Positions 1-13,221 are shown, numbered from the stretch's first letter. The stretch is DNA of 64,000 bases from Lama guanicoe (GCA_013239625.1 MU054049.1:2235892-2299891), one strand, 5' to 3'. A program made the numbers and translations. Notes: generated by a model from the letters alone, not told the origin.

Positions 1-216
1 TACTACAAGATATTGAATATAATTCCCTGTGCTATATAGTATAAACTTGTTTATCTGTTTTTTATATATTAGTTAGTATCTGCAAATCTCAAACTTTCAA
101 TTTTCCCTTCCCACCCCCGGTAACTGTAAGTTTATTTTCTGTGTGTGTGAGTCTGTTTCTGTTTTTTAAATAAGTTCTTTTTTTCCCCCATTCTTTTTCA
201 TGGCTGAGCAATATTC

Positions 217-218
<2 letters not shown>

Positions 219-258
<40 letters not shown>
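219..258. repeat. (GT)20 microsatellite
   Basis: Read directly. Confidence 0.97.
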
Positions 259-260
<2 letters not shown>

Positions 261-1497
261 TACATCTTCTTTATCCATTCATGTATCAATGGACACTTAA
301 GCTACTTCCATATCTTGGCTATTTTAAATAATGCTGCAGTGAACATAGAGGTCCATATATCTTGTTGAATTACTGTTTTTGTTTTCTTTTGATGAATAGC
401 CAGAAGTAGAATTGCTGGATTATATTCTATTCCTATTTTTAATTTTTTGAGGAACCTACGTATTGTTTTTCTTCGTGGCCACATCAGTTTACATTCCACC
501 AGCAGTGCACAAAGTTTCCCTTTTCTCCACAATGCTTGTTTTTTGTTGTCTTTTTGATAATAGCCATTCTGACAGGTGGGAGGTGATGGTGATATCTCAT
601 TCTGATTTTGATTTACATTTTTCTGATGAATGATGATATTGAGCATTTTTTTTTTCTGTGCCCTTTGGCCATCTGTATGTTTTTGGAAAAGTGTTCAGCT
701 CTCTTGCACATTTTTAATTGAACTATTTGGGTTTTATTTTTATGTTGCGTTGCCTGAGTTCTTTATATATTTTGGGTATTAATCTCTTATTGAATATATT
801 ATTTGCAAGTATCTTCTCCCACCCAGAAGAAGTTGCTTTTTTGTTTTGTTAATGTTTTCCTTCATTGTGCAAAAACTTTTTAGTTTAATTATTTTTGCTT
901 TTGTTGCCCTTGCTTATAGAGTCAGATCCAGAAAAATACCGCTAAGACCATTGTTGAGGCCTAATTTTTTCCTAGGATTTTTGTAGTTTCAGGTCTTAAT
1001 TCAAATATTTAATCCATTTTGAGTTAATTTTTATGTATGAAGCTTTTCGGTTTTTGCAATACCATTTGCTGAAGAGACTGTCTTTTTCCCGTTGTATATT
1101 CTCGCTTTCTTTGTTGTAGATTAATTGACCATCCATGCGTGGGTTTATTTCTGGGCTCTCTGTTCTGTTCCATTGACCTTTGTGCCTGTTTTTGTGCCAG
1201 TACCATGCTGTTTAGATTCCTTTGTAATATAGTTTGAAGTCAAGGATCATGATTCATCCAACTTTGGTCTTTCTTCAGATTACTTTGGCTATATTGGTCT
1301 TTTGTGGTCCCATACAAATTTTAGGATTATTTGTTCTAGTTCTGTGGAAAATACCATTGGTGTTTCGATAGGGATTGCGTTGAATCTGTAGATTGCCTTG
1401 GGTAGTATGGACATTTTAACAGTATTATTTTTTTCAATCCATGAGCACAGTATTTGTTTTTATTTATAGCATCTTTAGTTTCTTTCATCAATGTCTT

Positions 1498-1684
1498 TTT
1501 TTTAATATAACATTTTTTATTGAGTTATAGTCAGTTTACAGTGTTGTGTAGACTTCCAGTGTAGAGCACAATTTTTCAGTTATACATGAACATACATATA
1601 TATTCATTGTCACATTCTTTTTCACAGTGAGCTACCGCAAGATCTTGTGTAATCCCTGTGCTATACAGTATAATCTTGTTTATC
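1498..1684 (-). mobile_element. Young 5'-truncated L1 3'-end insertion nested in L1
   Basis: Perfect 14-bp TSD ttcatcaatgtctt (1484-1497 and 1685-1698); T-rich tail; same family as the copies at 18495 and 23998. Confidence 0.9.
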
Positions 1685-3611
1685 TTCATCAATGTCTTAT
1701 AGTTTTCAAAGTACAGGTTTTTCACCTCCTTGGTTAAATTTATTCCTAGGTATTTTATTCTGTTGATGCAATTGTAAATGGGATTGTTTTCTTAATTTTT
1801 TTTTCCTGAGAGTTCATTATTAGTATATAGAAACATGACAGATTTATGTGTACTGATTTTGTATTCTGCAACTTAATTTATGGTTCTAACAGTTTTTTGG
1901 TGGAGTCTTTAAGGTTTTCTACATGTAGTATCGTGATATCTGCAAATAGACCAGTTTTACTTCTTAGTTTCCAATTTGGATGCTTTTTATTTCTTTTTGT
2001 TGCCTAAATCTTATGGCTAGGATTTCCAGTACTGTGATGAGAGTGTGCATCCTTATCTTGTTTCTGATCTTAGAAGAAAAGCTTTCTGCTTTTTGCTACT
2101 GAATATGTTAACTGTGGATTTGTCACATATGGCCTCTATTCTGTTGAGGTATGTTCCCTCTATACTCGTTTTGTCCAGAACTTTTAATATAAATGAGTAT
2201 TGAATTTTGTCAGATGCTTTTTCTGCATCTCTGGAGATAATCATATGATTTATTTCTTCATTTTATTAATGTGATGTATCACATTGATTTGTGGATGTTC
2301 AGCCGTGCATCTCTGGAACAAATCCTGCTTGATCATGGTGTATGATTATTTCAGTGTATTGTTGAATTTGGTTTCCTTTTATTCTGTTCAGGATTTTTGC
2401 ATTTATGATTCATCAAGGATATTGTCCTATATCTTGCATTTCTTGTAGTGTCTGTGTGGTCTTAGTATCAGGGTTAATAGCTGGTCTTGTAAAATAAGTT
2501 TGAAAGTTTTACCTCCTCTTTAATTTTTGGAATAGTTTGAGAAGAATGATATTAACTCTTCCTTAAATAGTCAGTGAGGCTGTCTGGTTCTGGACTTTTG
2601 TTTGTTGGGAGTTTTTTGATTACAGGTTCAATGTCATTACTAGTAATTGGTCTATTCAATTTTTCTATTTATTCGTGATTCAGTTTTGGAAGACTGTGTT
2701 TCTAGGAATTTATCCATTTCTTTTAGGTTGTCTAATTTGTTGGCCTATAACTGGTCATAGTAGTTTCTTATGATCCTCTGTGTTTCTGTGGTATCAGTTG
2801 TAACTGCTCTTTCATTTCTGAATTTATTTATTTGAGCCCTCTCTCTTTTCTTGCTGAGTCTACTTTATCTTTTCAGAGAACCAGCTCTTAGTTTCTTTGA
2901 TCTTTTCTGTTGTTTTTTAAGTCTCTTTTTCATTTGTTTTTGGTCAGATCTTTATTATTTCCCTCTTTCTATTAACTTCTTTTTCTGTCTCGTTTAGGGT
3001 AAGGTTGGATTGTTTATTTGAGATATTTTTGGTTTGTTTTTCTGAGGTAGGCATGTATCTATATGAACTTCCCTCTTAGAACTGCTTTTGCTGCATCAAA
3101 TAGATTTTGGATTGTTGTGTTTCCATTTTGATTTGTCTTAAGGTATTTTTTGATTGCCCCTTTGATTTCTTCATTTAGCCATTGGTTGTTTGTAATGTAT
3201 TGTTTAACCTCCATGTGTTTGTGTCTTTTACAGTTTTTTCTTGTAGTTGCTTCCTAGTCTCATAGTGTTGTGGTCAGGAAAAATGCTTGATTCAATTTCA
3301 GTCTTAAATTGACTAAGCTTTATTTTGTAGCCTTGCATGTGCTCTATTCTGGAGAATGTCCCATGTATACTTGGAAGGAATGTATGTTCCACTGCTTTTG
3401 GTTGGAATGTTACATATATCTATTAAGGCCATCTGATCTACTATGTTGTTTAAGGCCAGTGTTTCCTTACTGATTTTGTCTGGATAATCTGTCCATTGAA
3501 GTGAGTGGGGTATTAAAGTCTGCTACTATTACTACATTACTGTCAATTTCTCCCTTTATATCTGTTAATATTTGCTTCATGTATTTAGGTGCTCCTATGT
3601 TGGGTGCACAT

Positions 3612-3612
<1 letters not shown>

Positions 3613-3646
<34 letters not shown>
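3613..3646. repeat. (TAGA)8 tetranucleotide microsatellite
   Basis: Read directly. Confidence 0.95.
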
Positions 3647-3648
<2 letters not shown>

Positions 3649-6344
3649 TGTTATATCTTCTTGTTGGATTGGCCCCTTTGTCATTATGTAATGCCCTTTT
3701 GTCTTTGTTTTAGTGTCTATTTTGTCTGATAGAAGTATTGCTACCCCAGCTTTCATTTCATTTTCATTTACATGGAATAGCTTTGTCCATCCCTTCTCTT
3801 TTGGTCTTTGTCTTTAGATCTGACGTGAGTCACTGATAGGCAGCATATAGATGGATCTTTTTTTTTTTATTCTTTTAATCCATTCTGCCACCCTGCATCT
3901 TCTGATTGGAGGATTTAGTCTGTTTACATTTAAAGTAGTTATTGATAGATCTTTACGTTCTGCCATTTTATTAATTGTCTTCCCATTGATTTTGTAGTTC
4001 TTTTCTGTTCCCTTTTTCTTCTCTTGCTCTCTTCCCATTGTGGTTTGCATAATTTCTTTAATGTTATGTTTAGATTCTATTCTTACTATTTTTGTGGTAG
4101 GTTTTTGGTTTGTGTTTACTGTGAGTTTCATATATAGCAACCTATACATTCAAAACAGTCTGTTTTAAGTTGATAGTCACTTAAGTTCAAATGTATTTTA
4201 AAAGCACTATGTTTTTACTCCCATCCGCCATGTTTTATTTTTTGACATCTTATTTTATATCTTTTTATTTTGTGTGTCCCTTAACTGTATATTGTAGTTA
4301 AAATGTCCTTTGGCCATCATACTAGCTTTTATAAGTGGTTAGTCTGCTATATTTACTGTATATTTGCCTTTACCAGTGAGGTTTTTTCTTTCATATATTT
4401 CATTTCTAGTTGTGGCCTTTTCTTTTTAGCTTAAAGGAATCTTTTTAACATTTCTTGTTAGGCTGTTTTGGTAGTGAACTCCTTTAGCTGTTGTTTCTCT
4501 TGGAAACTCTTTATCTCACTTTCCTTTCTGAATGACAGCTTTGCCAAATAGAGTTTTGTCCGTTGGAAATTTTTTCCTTTGAGCACTTGGAAAATCTCAT
4601 GCTGCTCCCTTCTGGCCAGCAAAGTTTCTGCTGAAAAATCATCTGATAGTCTTATGTGAGTTCCCTTGTATGTAACTAGTTCTTTTTCTCTTGCTACTTT
4701 TAAGATTCTCTCTTTAACTTTTGCCATTTTAATTATAATTTGTCTTGGTGTGGACCTCTTTGGGTTCATCTTGTTTGGGGCTCTCTGTACTTCCTGGGCC
4801 TGGATGTCTGTTTCTTTCTCCAGGTTAGGGAGATTTTCAGCCATTATTTCTTCAAATATGTTTTCTGCCTCTGTCTCTCTTCTCCTTCTGGGACCCTTAT
4901 AATGCAGATGTTAGTGTGCCTGATGTCCCATGGGTCCCTTAAACTATCTTCATTTTTAAAAATTCTTTTGTTCTTTTTGCTGTTCTGTTTGGGGATTTCC
5001 ACTACCCTGTCTTCCAGGTCGCTGATCTGTTCTTCTGTATCACTTACTCTCCTACTGATTTCCACTGGTGTGTTTTTCAGTGCAGCTACTGTATTCTTCA
5101 GCTTTGTGTTCTGTTTGTAACTTTCTTATATTTTCTGTGTCTTTGTGAAATTTCTCACTGCGCCTCTCCTTTGTTCTCCCAGGTTCACTGAGCATTTTAT
5201 TATCATTACTCTGAATCCTATCAGATAAATTACTTATCTTCATTCCAGTAAGATGTTTTCCTGGAGTTTTATCTTGTTTTTCCATCTGAGACATGTTCCT
5301 CCATTTCCTCATTTTGTTGGACTCTGTGTGTGTTTTCTGCATATCATGTGAAGCAGTTATCTCTCCCTGTTTTGAAGGGGTGGCTCAGTGTGGGAGATGA
5401 ACTGTAGCGATTAACCTTGCCCTAGGTCTTGATTGTCTTTTGAATTATCTCTCCACTTGTTTCAGTCTATGGGATCCAGAAACACAGTCCTCCCTTAAGC
5501 CTGAGCCTATGCTCAAGGGGTTCCCCTGTGTGGGTTGTGCATGCCTGTTGGCTCCGGTGTGGCTGTGTGAGTGGAATTGGGGTGTGGCTGCTCCCCTGCT
5601 GCATCTATTGGTGCTGTGGCTTGAGCAGTGTCCCTCTGTGGGGCAGGGCTGCTCACACACCACGGTTAGCAGGTTAGAATGAGAGTGCAAAAATGGTGAC
5701 TGCCTGTGCTGGCAAGGTAAAGGGAGCCTGTAAACATGGCATCTGCCAGCATTCCATCCTCAGAGAGTCCCAGCAAAAGTCTGCCCCCTCTGACAGACGT
5801 TTTAAGATTAGTTAAGTGAATTTCCTTCACATATGGTTTTAGCTCTTTACATGCTGCTGCTCTTTGCTCTGGGTCCTGGGATGAGTGGCTCTTTGCGCAA
5901 GCCGTTTAAGAGCAGAGTCTTGATTCCTTGCAGTCCTGTGTTTCCCTCAACATAAGCCCTGTTGTTGGTTTTCAAAGCCAGATATTTTTGGGGTTCTTCT
6001 TGCTGATGCAGGACCCAAGGGTTTGTGGTGCCTGGTGTGGGTACAAACCCCTTGGTCCTCAGGGAGAAGCTCCATTTATTTATTTGTCAGCTGATTGATT
6101 TGTTGATTGATTTATTGAGCTTCCTCTCCATTGTGGATCACCGCATCATGGTTGGGGTTTTTGGTGAGAACATGCCTTTCCTACCCATCTTGATGTGGCC
6201 CTTTTATCCTTTATTGTGAAGCAGGTGTTCAGGTAGTTCTCAGGTTCTTTTCAGAGGGATTTGTTACACGTATTTGTTGGGTCTGTGGGAGGAGGTAAGT
6301 TTAGGATTTTTCTATCTCACCATCTTAACCCAGTTCCACACTTG

Positions 6345-6595
6345 GTTTGCCTGCCCTTTCTTTATAGTAAGTTTTGAAATTGGGCAGTGTGAATTCTCCA
6401 ACTTTGTTCTTTTTCAAAATTGTTTTGGGTTTTCTGGGTCGATATGAATTTTAGCATCAGCTTGTCCAGTTTCTGTAGAGAAGTCAGCTGGGTTTTTGAT
6501 AGGGGTTGCTTTATCTATAGATCAATGGTGGGAGAATTGCTGTCTTAACAATAGTAAGGCTTCTGATCCATGAACAGGGTGTATTCATTTCCATA
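6345..6595 (-). mobile_element. Older L1 ORF2 fragment
   Basis: Typical antisense ORF2 text (gtaagttttgaaattggg...ctccaactttgttctttttcaaaattg). Confidence 0.75.
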
Positions 6596-7129
6596 CTCTT
6601 AACCAACCAGTTTTGTCAGTCCAGTTCTTCTAGATGTGGATGTTCATATTAGGTGTGTTGTATCTTGCAAGTTAGCATTAGTAGGATTGAAGTCCTCATG
6701 CCTGGGGCTTAACTGTTGCTCTTAATTAAACATGACTTGAATTGATACAAAGTAATATTTGGAAATTATGCCAAAATATTATGAGTAATATCTGCTTTAT
6801 GTAAGTAATACCTGCTTAAAAAGTGGCGTGATTTGTTTTGTAGTTTGGTTTTAAAAATTATCATTTTTATCCTGAGTATGTCTGACATAGGAGAGGGATT
6901 GCTTTAGGCAAACTTTCAGATCTCTTACCTGGAGATAGGGGTGCATATCGGAAGAGTAGCTTATATGGCTGTAAGGAAGGAGGTCCTTTAAAACTGCAGA
7001 AAAATTTAAAACCCTCTCATATTTGTGTGTCTATAGCCTAAATAGTCTTCCCCAGGCTTGTCATGGTCATGTATCAATGATGTAATAATGATGATTACAT
7101 ACCAGAAGCACCAAAGACAGCTATTCGTA

Positions 7130-7285
7130 GAGGGGCGGCCTCTACGAATGATTAGTTTGACTGAGTATTCCAGTAAGCCACATGGAGTTTGTCATCTCTA
7201 ACAGAGGACTTTAATGCATTAGTGATGAAAAACTGCTCACTGCTGACTGTTGTGATCTTCCAGAGAATTGTAAGACAGCACAGCA
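7130..7285 (+). promoter_or_regulatory. MARCHF8: Candidate proximal promoter / non-coding first exon of MARCHF8
   Basis: GC box GGGGCGG at 7132-7138 in unique sequence; tandem donor motifs GTGAGT at 7286 and 7290; ~1.95 kb upstream of the ATG exon. Transcription start not determinable. Confidence 0.45.
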
Positions 7286-8195
7286 GTGAGTGAGTGCCTC
7301 GTGCCTTGTGTAATATGGACACATATATTTAGACCATTTGGGCACAGTGCTCCATCTTGTGTCAGCCTCATCATCAGAAGCCTGAGATAGAGGAGGGGAT
7401 GTGTGATATCTAGACACTAACATTTTATTTATTATTGATTATAATAGCCAGACACTAACATTGCTTACTCTGTTCTCCTGTTTTACTGCTTATCAGTGAT
7501 CATCCAGCTATTACAAAACTAGACTTTTTAAAACCAGAATTTTTTTTAGCTTATTTTCTGTGTGTGTTGATCCCTTCTGGTTTCCTTTTCCTTCCTGTAG
7601 CTTGTTGATCAGAGAGTCCTGTAAAAGAAATCAATTTTGTGAGTCCTGTTGCTCCTTATTCAGTTTGGTTAGTAACACTGTCAGAGGTGGGACCAGCCAC
7701 AGAAACACCTACCATTGGTCCAGAGCATAGTTTTGGGAGAGATGGGATAAATGGCCGCACGTCAGATGTGAACTTAGGGTTGTCAGGCCCTGTCGTTTGC
7801 CCTCCCTGCCTACCACCTCACCTCCAATACACAGTTAATAAATGAAAATCCCCATATCAGAGATTCATTCTTTTGAGTTAAGACTTCCATCCTTTGTTAA
7901 AATTCAAACAGCATGAAATATTATACTTTATTGATAATTTATTTTTAAATTGTTTTTGTGTACAGAGTTTGCTAGATCTCAGTGGGTGCAGAGGGAGAGA
8001 GAGAGAGAGCACACAATTCAGTTACTGGGCACTTTGGAGGAATGTCTTAGAAAACCAGAGGAAAAAAGGCAGGAGGTGCCTGGAATCATGAATATAGCTT
8101 ATTCAGACACTATTATTTTAACCTAAGGGCAGCCTTTTCATGGTTCCAGGAATGTCCACAAGAGCCCTCATCTTCCCTGGAATTTTCTTTAAGAG

Positions 8196-8395
8196 TAGGG
8201 TTAGCAAACTAGAGGCCCATGGACCAGATCTAGTCTGCCACCTATTTTTGTAAGTAAACTTTTCATTGTAACATAACCATTCTCATTCATTTACACACTC
8301 ACTGCAGCTGCTCTCACACTATGTTGGCAGAATTGAGTAGTTATAACAATGCTTAAAATATCTGGTGCTTTACAGGGAAAGTTTGCCCATAATTG
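8196..8395 (-). mobile_element. MER58A-like hAT-Charlie MITE
   Basis: Matches the reverse complement of the recalled MER58A consensus (gggttagcaaacta...tttacagggaaagtttgcc). Confidence 0.85.
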
Positions 8396-9237
8396 GTCTA
8401 GAGAGTCTAGACTTTTAGAATGTAAGCATGGATCATAGATACCTTAAATATATTTTAGACTTTTTAACTTTTAATCTTACCATTGTGTGGACTCAAGGGC
8501 AGTGATTTTAAGGAAGGATCCCTACTTATATCAGGATGAATGCTTGTTTAAGAAAAAAATGTGTATTAGAGACTTTTATGTACTTTACATGAATATGTCT
8601 CAGTGCAACAAGAAGCGGTACAGAATTGTGTTCAATCTGGAAACAACCCATTTCTCAAAAATGAAAAGAAATATCAGTGTAATGAAGCAATATTGCCAGG
8701 TGTATTTTACAGAAGAAGATGAAAAGAACTGTTATTTGGTATTATAAATGGGTGTGGCCCATTCTTTATTAACAGTGACCTTAGACTGTAAAAGTCATCA
8801 TCTATTTGGTTTTGACTCATTTGACTTTCTTTGCAAAAATGTTCTTTCAGGTAGGATGCAATGAAGTAATGTATAGTGTAGAAAAATAAATCTGGATATC
8901 TGGAAAAAAATAAAAAATGTGTAACTTCAAAAATATGCAAAAAAAAGGATGACACTGTTGTGTTTAAAAAGTAGCTACTGAAAAATTAATATCTGATTAT
9001 ACAAGTACTTGATCCACCAGCTTCTTTCAGGTACTCACATCTTATCACATGAGAAAAATGTTACAGCTTCCCCCATAGACATTCATCTTCTATCATTTTT
9101 GAAGACCAAGTATTTATGTTAGACATTGTAATTTATTTAAGTATAAATATGAATATAAATATAAAATGCTAATCTCACTGTTGGAAATTTGAAAAGTGTT
9201 ATAGCTCACTTATGTCCTGTCTTCCCTTCTCTCTCAG

Positions 9238-9315
9238 CCTGACGTCCATGGCCCAAAATGACTCTACCACTGGAGACCTTCTTCCGTAAAGAGGAAGACC
9301 AGACAGGAGGTTGGG
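9238..9315 (+). other. MARCHF8: 5' UTR part of the MARCHF8 ATG exon (78 nt), containing two upstream ATGs
   Basis: Lies between the acceptor AG (9236-9237) and the main ATG (9316); ATGs at 9248 and 9258. Confidence 0.88.
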
Positions 9316-9417
9316 ATGAGCATGCCACTGCATCAGATCTCTGCCATTCCATCCCAGGATGCCACCTCTGCTAGAGTCTACAGAAGTAAGACCAAAGACA
9401 AGGAGAGGGAAGAGCAG
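9316..9417 (+). CDS. MARCHF8: MARCHF8 first coding segment ([34 protein letters not shown]); full exon 9238-9417
   Basis: Manual translation matches the recalled mammalian MARCH8 N-terminus. ATG at 9316 (gggATGa) with an in-frame upstream TGA at 9259-9261. Acceptor: pyrimidine tract cttcccttctctctcag|9238, branch-like ctcac at 9205-9209. Phase-0 donor CAG|gtattg at 9418. Confidence 0.97.
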
Positions 9418-9779
9418 GTATTGGGGGAATACCCTTTTTAGTTTCATTATTTTTGTTCTTTCATTAAATAGAGTCTAGAATAAGCTCTGACGATCAAGGT
9501 CTTTTCCGAATATACTAAAAAAAGCATATGATTTAAACAGTTTTGCTCAGAAGAAGTCATCTTTGTATAGATTTCTAGGTTTTCAGATTTTGCAGTCACC
9601 TTATTCTGCCATGGTTATACATGGCTTATTTATCTTCATTGGTTAAATCTACCTGATTATTTCTGGTAAATCACTGAGGAAAATTTCTTTGGATTCTCAG
9701 AACATGATGCAAAGGATAAAATTATTTGAATAAAAATGTATGCCTTGTATATACTGGTCTCTGCCTACTGCTGGAATGT

Positions 9780-10620
9780 CATCTTTAATATCACAGAGCC
9801 TGTCTCTGCCCTCATATGGCTTTTGATCTGGCCTGGACAATTAAATATGCATAAGAGGTCAGTATAAAGTCAGTGATGGTGGAAGTTCAAGACAACTTAA
9901 TCTCAGCCCAAGGAGTCAGTAATGGCTTCCTTGAGAAAGTAACATTTATATTGAGAACCCAAACAGTGACCTGGAGTTGGTTAGGAGAAAGATAGAGTGT
10001 TCCTGGGACATGCTGAAAGGCCAAAGTTTACAGCAAGGTGAATCTGAAGATATTAAAATAGAATAACTGGAACATAAAGGTCGAATGGGTAGTGGCAAAA
10101 TAGGAGACTGCAAAAGTTATAGGAGTTACCATAAGGAGTTTGGATTTATTTTTGCAGAAGAATGAATGATCAGATTTGTGTTCTTAAATTTTTCATCCAG
10201 CCTGCAGTTTGGAGAGTGAATTGAATGAGAGCCAGGAGACTAGTCAGAGGATTATTTAATAGTCTACTTAGGCCAGGTTTGACAAACTTTCTGTAAAAGG
10301 CCAGATAATGAGTATTTTAGACCTTGTGGATCAGCTCTGCCGTTGTAGCATGAAAACAACCGAAGACAGTATATAAATGAATGAACATGACTATGTTCTA
10401 ATAAAACTGTTTTTACAGTAACAAGTGACGGGTCAGATTTGGCCTGTAGGCTGTAGTTTGCTGATCTCTGGCCTAGGGAAAAGTTGATGGTGACTCTGTC
10501 TAGGATAGGTGTAGTGGGGATAGGGAGATACTTCGATTATTAATCCAGTGCACTGATGATTGCATGTGGGAGGGACGGGGAGGAATCAGAGATTACCCCT
10601 GCTGCCTTTTTGCCTGTACA
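9780..10620 (-). mobile_element. L2 fragment (interrupted by MER58A)
   Basis: L2-like motifs (ctgccctcat, ggcttccttgaga, aaggagtttggatttat, atgatcagatttg). Confidence 0.6.
10274..10470 (+). mobile_element. MER58A-like hAT-Charlie MITE inserted in L2
   Basis: caggtttgacaaactttctgtaaaaggccagata...tagtttgctgatctctg; TIR-like ends. Confidence 0.88.
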
Positions 10621-13219
10621 ATGTGCTTTACAGACATTTACTCATTAGTTCTTATAGCATTCCTATTTTAAAGTGAAAATCTTTGCCCAAGACTCTGAAG
10701 AATCCTTGTTAAATCAAGAATTGATGTCTTATTTGAAGATGATTTATTATAGTTGATGCGACACCATTCTTTCCATTATTACATAAAGAATAAAAAAAAC
10801 TATCATATTTCTTAAAGTACATAGACTGTGGAAAATGAAAATGTGCCTTGTAAATTGAAAATGACCCCAAATTCTTAGTTCATATTTTTCTTTTTTCCCA
10901 TCGGTTGTACTGTCAACTGCACCCTTTCTATTCTGCTAAGCTCTTAGGAACGCAGCCAGTATCGGTTGAAGTGCTAACTAGGGGCAGTGGTAGGGGAGAT
11001 GGTTTCTGGACGTCGTATTTTTGGTATTTTATTTTTTTCAGCTTCAGAGAGATAAGAGAATACCCTAAAATATCTTTCCCATATTCTGTCAATTTTCATT
11101 TAAGTTAATAGTCTTTTTTAAAGATTCAGTTAAATTAACAGTCTTTTCTTAAAATCCTTCTTAACCTAAATTGACTTTTAAATATCACTAAACAGAACAT
11201 TTCCTTAGTTTAGGGTGCTTGTCTATGCCAAGCTGAGGCTGTTAGTTCCCTATTCATTGTAGTGTTGAATTCGGACAGCAGATGGTGGGAATTTCTTGGT
11301 ATGTATGTGTATGAGGGACTGTATATGTATTTGTTTGGAATAGAGAAAGGAGGATGTCCAACATTTTAGTCCAGGAAGAGAGGTCCTGTTTGTATAAAAC
11401 TGCATTGTAGATATGTTGTAGATGGGTATTCAATAAATATGTACTGAATTAATCTGTTTGATGAGGTTTTTATGGTTTAAATAAGTAGCATTAACCAGCT
11501 ATTTTGTGGAACTGGAATTTTGACTGGCATTGGGAAGAAGAACCACCCTGCCCCACCTTAGTGTGGGGAATAGTTTGAATACCTGATGGCAGTTCTGGGA
11601 ATCAGGGTGCCAGAGTGAGGGGGCAGGTAGTGGAAGAAGAGCTGAGGCAGGAGCCACATGAGAGTTTTGGCAGCAGCTGGCACAGTGCTGAATGAAAATG
11701 ATTGTTGTAGGTTTCTCAACCCTGAAATGTGATAGTAGGAGTAGTTCGGAAGGTAAGTTTTTGTCCAGTGGAGCCTTTTCCCCTTTATCCAGTTCCCCTG
11801 GCATAATGAGTTCAAAACAAAATCCTTTGGTACTATTTTTGATCCTCCTGTGCTTAGGAGTGGAAAAAAGCAAGGCAGGAGAAGCTACACAGAGGCACCC
11901 CTTTTTTCCATCCCATCATCCACTGTTCTCAGAACCGGAAAGATTATAACGTGAGACAGATTATTACATCAGTAACAATTGTATTCCTTTTGAATCTTGT
12001 GAGAAGAGAAGAACATTGCAGTTTATGCAGAATCAAATAATGTAACTGTTAACCTTGACACGGTTTTACCTAGGCTTGTCAGCTGCATGACATGATTCTC
12101 TCTAGTACCCACTGCATGAGCCCTTATCTGCAATTCTGAGAGTTAATGACTTAACACAGTAGTCAATACAGTTGATGAACAAATGAATAAATTCAGTTTT
12201 AATGATATGGGGGCTACTATGGGGTAAGAGGAGTGTTTTGCAGTCTGTAAAAGGATTTCTGCTGCTGTTATTTATAAACTGGGTGTTTCTTGAGTATTTT
12301 TTTCTTAGTGTTTTGTAAGTGTTGATCGACTGCCATTAGACTCTGGTATGCGTTTAGAAATCTAATGTGGTGGTTATTTGTAGTCTTTCAAAAGAAACAT
12401 ATTCTTTATAGTTTTTTTTGGAGAATGCTTTCTTCTTACAGTGTGAGGAGTTACTGGTTAATGTCTTACTGTTCTTGGCTATCTTTGGTTCTTGGGGATT
12501 TTTGAGCCTTTCAGTCCTTTTTCAATTCTGAAACCTTTTCTTCTACCTTTCATGATGAACTCTAAACTCTGGTCCTCTAAGGCATTGCTGCTAGTGGTTA
12601 AATTTCCATATTCTCTTGACTATTGTATTTTCTCAGATTCATTCCCCTTAGTTGTATACTATAGCCCTTTGGAATTGACCTTTTCCAAATTGCCCTATTT
12701 TGCCGACTCAGTACTGCTGATTTTTGCTTCTTCCTCTGTCCAGTGAGGTTCTTAATTGATTTGTTACCATCTGATTGCTTTTTCATTGATTTCTTGTTTA
12801 GAGTTACTCTCTATCTTGTGGTTTGACATACCTCTTTATGTTTTTTGAAATTATTTTTGTTTTGTTTTGTTTTGAAATAGTTTTGTTAAGGTATAATTGA
12901 CATACAATAAACAATATATATTTAAAGCATACAGTTTGGTAAGTTGTGACGTATATATACACACACGTGAAACTGTTTCCATAATCAAGATTGTGAACAC
13001 ATCCATCACTCCCAGAAGTTTCCTCATGCCCCTTGGTAATCCCTCACTCCCACCCCTCTCCAACCTTTTCCTCAAGTAATTGATCTGTTTTCTTTCACTA
13101 CAGATTAGTTTGCATTTTCTAAAATTTTATATAGATGGTATCATACATTATATACTCTTTTTTGTTTAGCTTTTAATTCTTTTGAGATTCATTGAATTTA
13201 TGTTTATCAGTAGCTTGCT

Positions 13220-13221
<2 letters not shown>

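Larger units (their letters stand above)
1..6330 (-). mobile_element. Near full-length degraded LINE-1 (5'UTR ~5343-6330, ORF1 ~4458-5342, ORF2 ~300-3966, 3'UTR running off the window)
   Basis: Minus-strand ORF fragments: ORF1 (MAENLPNLEKETDIQAQEVQRAP...RLSDDFSAETL), endonuclease start (LSITTLNVNRLNPPIRRCRVAEWIK), RT (MIISRDAEKASDKIQY), C-terminus (LWRKGKLCALLVECKL). Many stops and frameshifts. Confidence 0.95.

Noticed and set aside
302..5342. Longer ORFs in the track (114-128 aa) as host genes or an active L1
   Set aside because: They are broken L1 ORF1/ORF2 pieces or their antisense shadows; multiple stops and frameshifts rule out autonomy.
9199..9447. 82-aa minus-strand ORF over the ATG exon
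   Set aside because: Antisense shadow of the real exon, with no recognisable protein.
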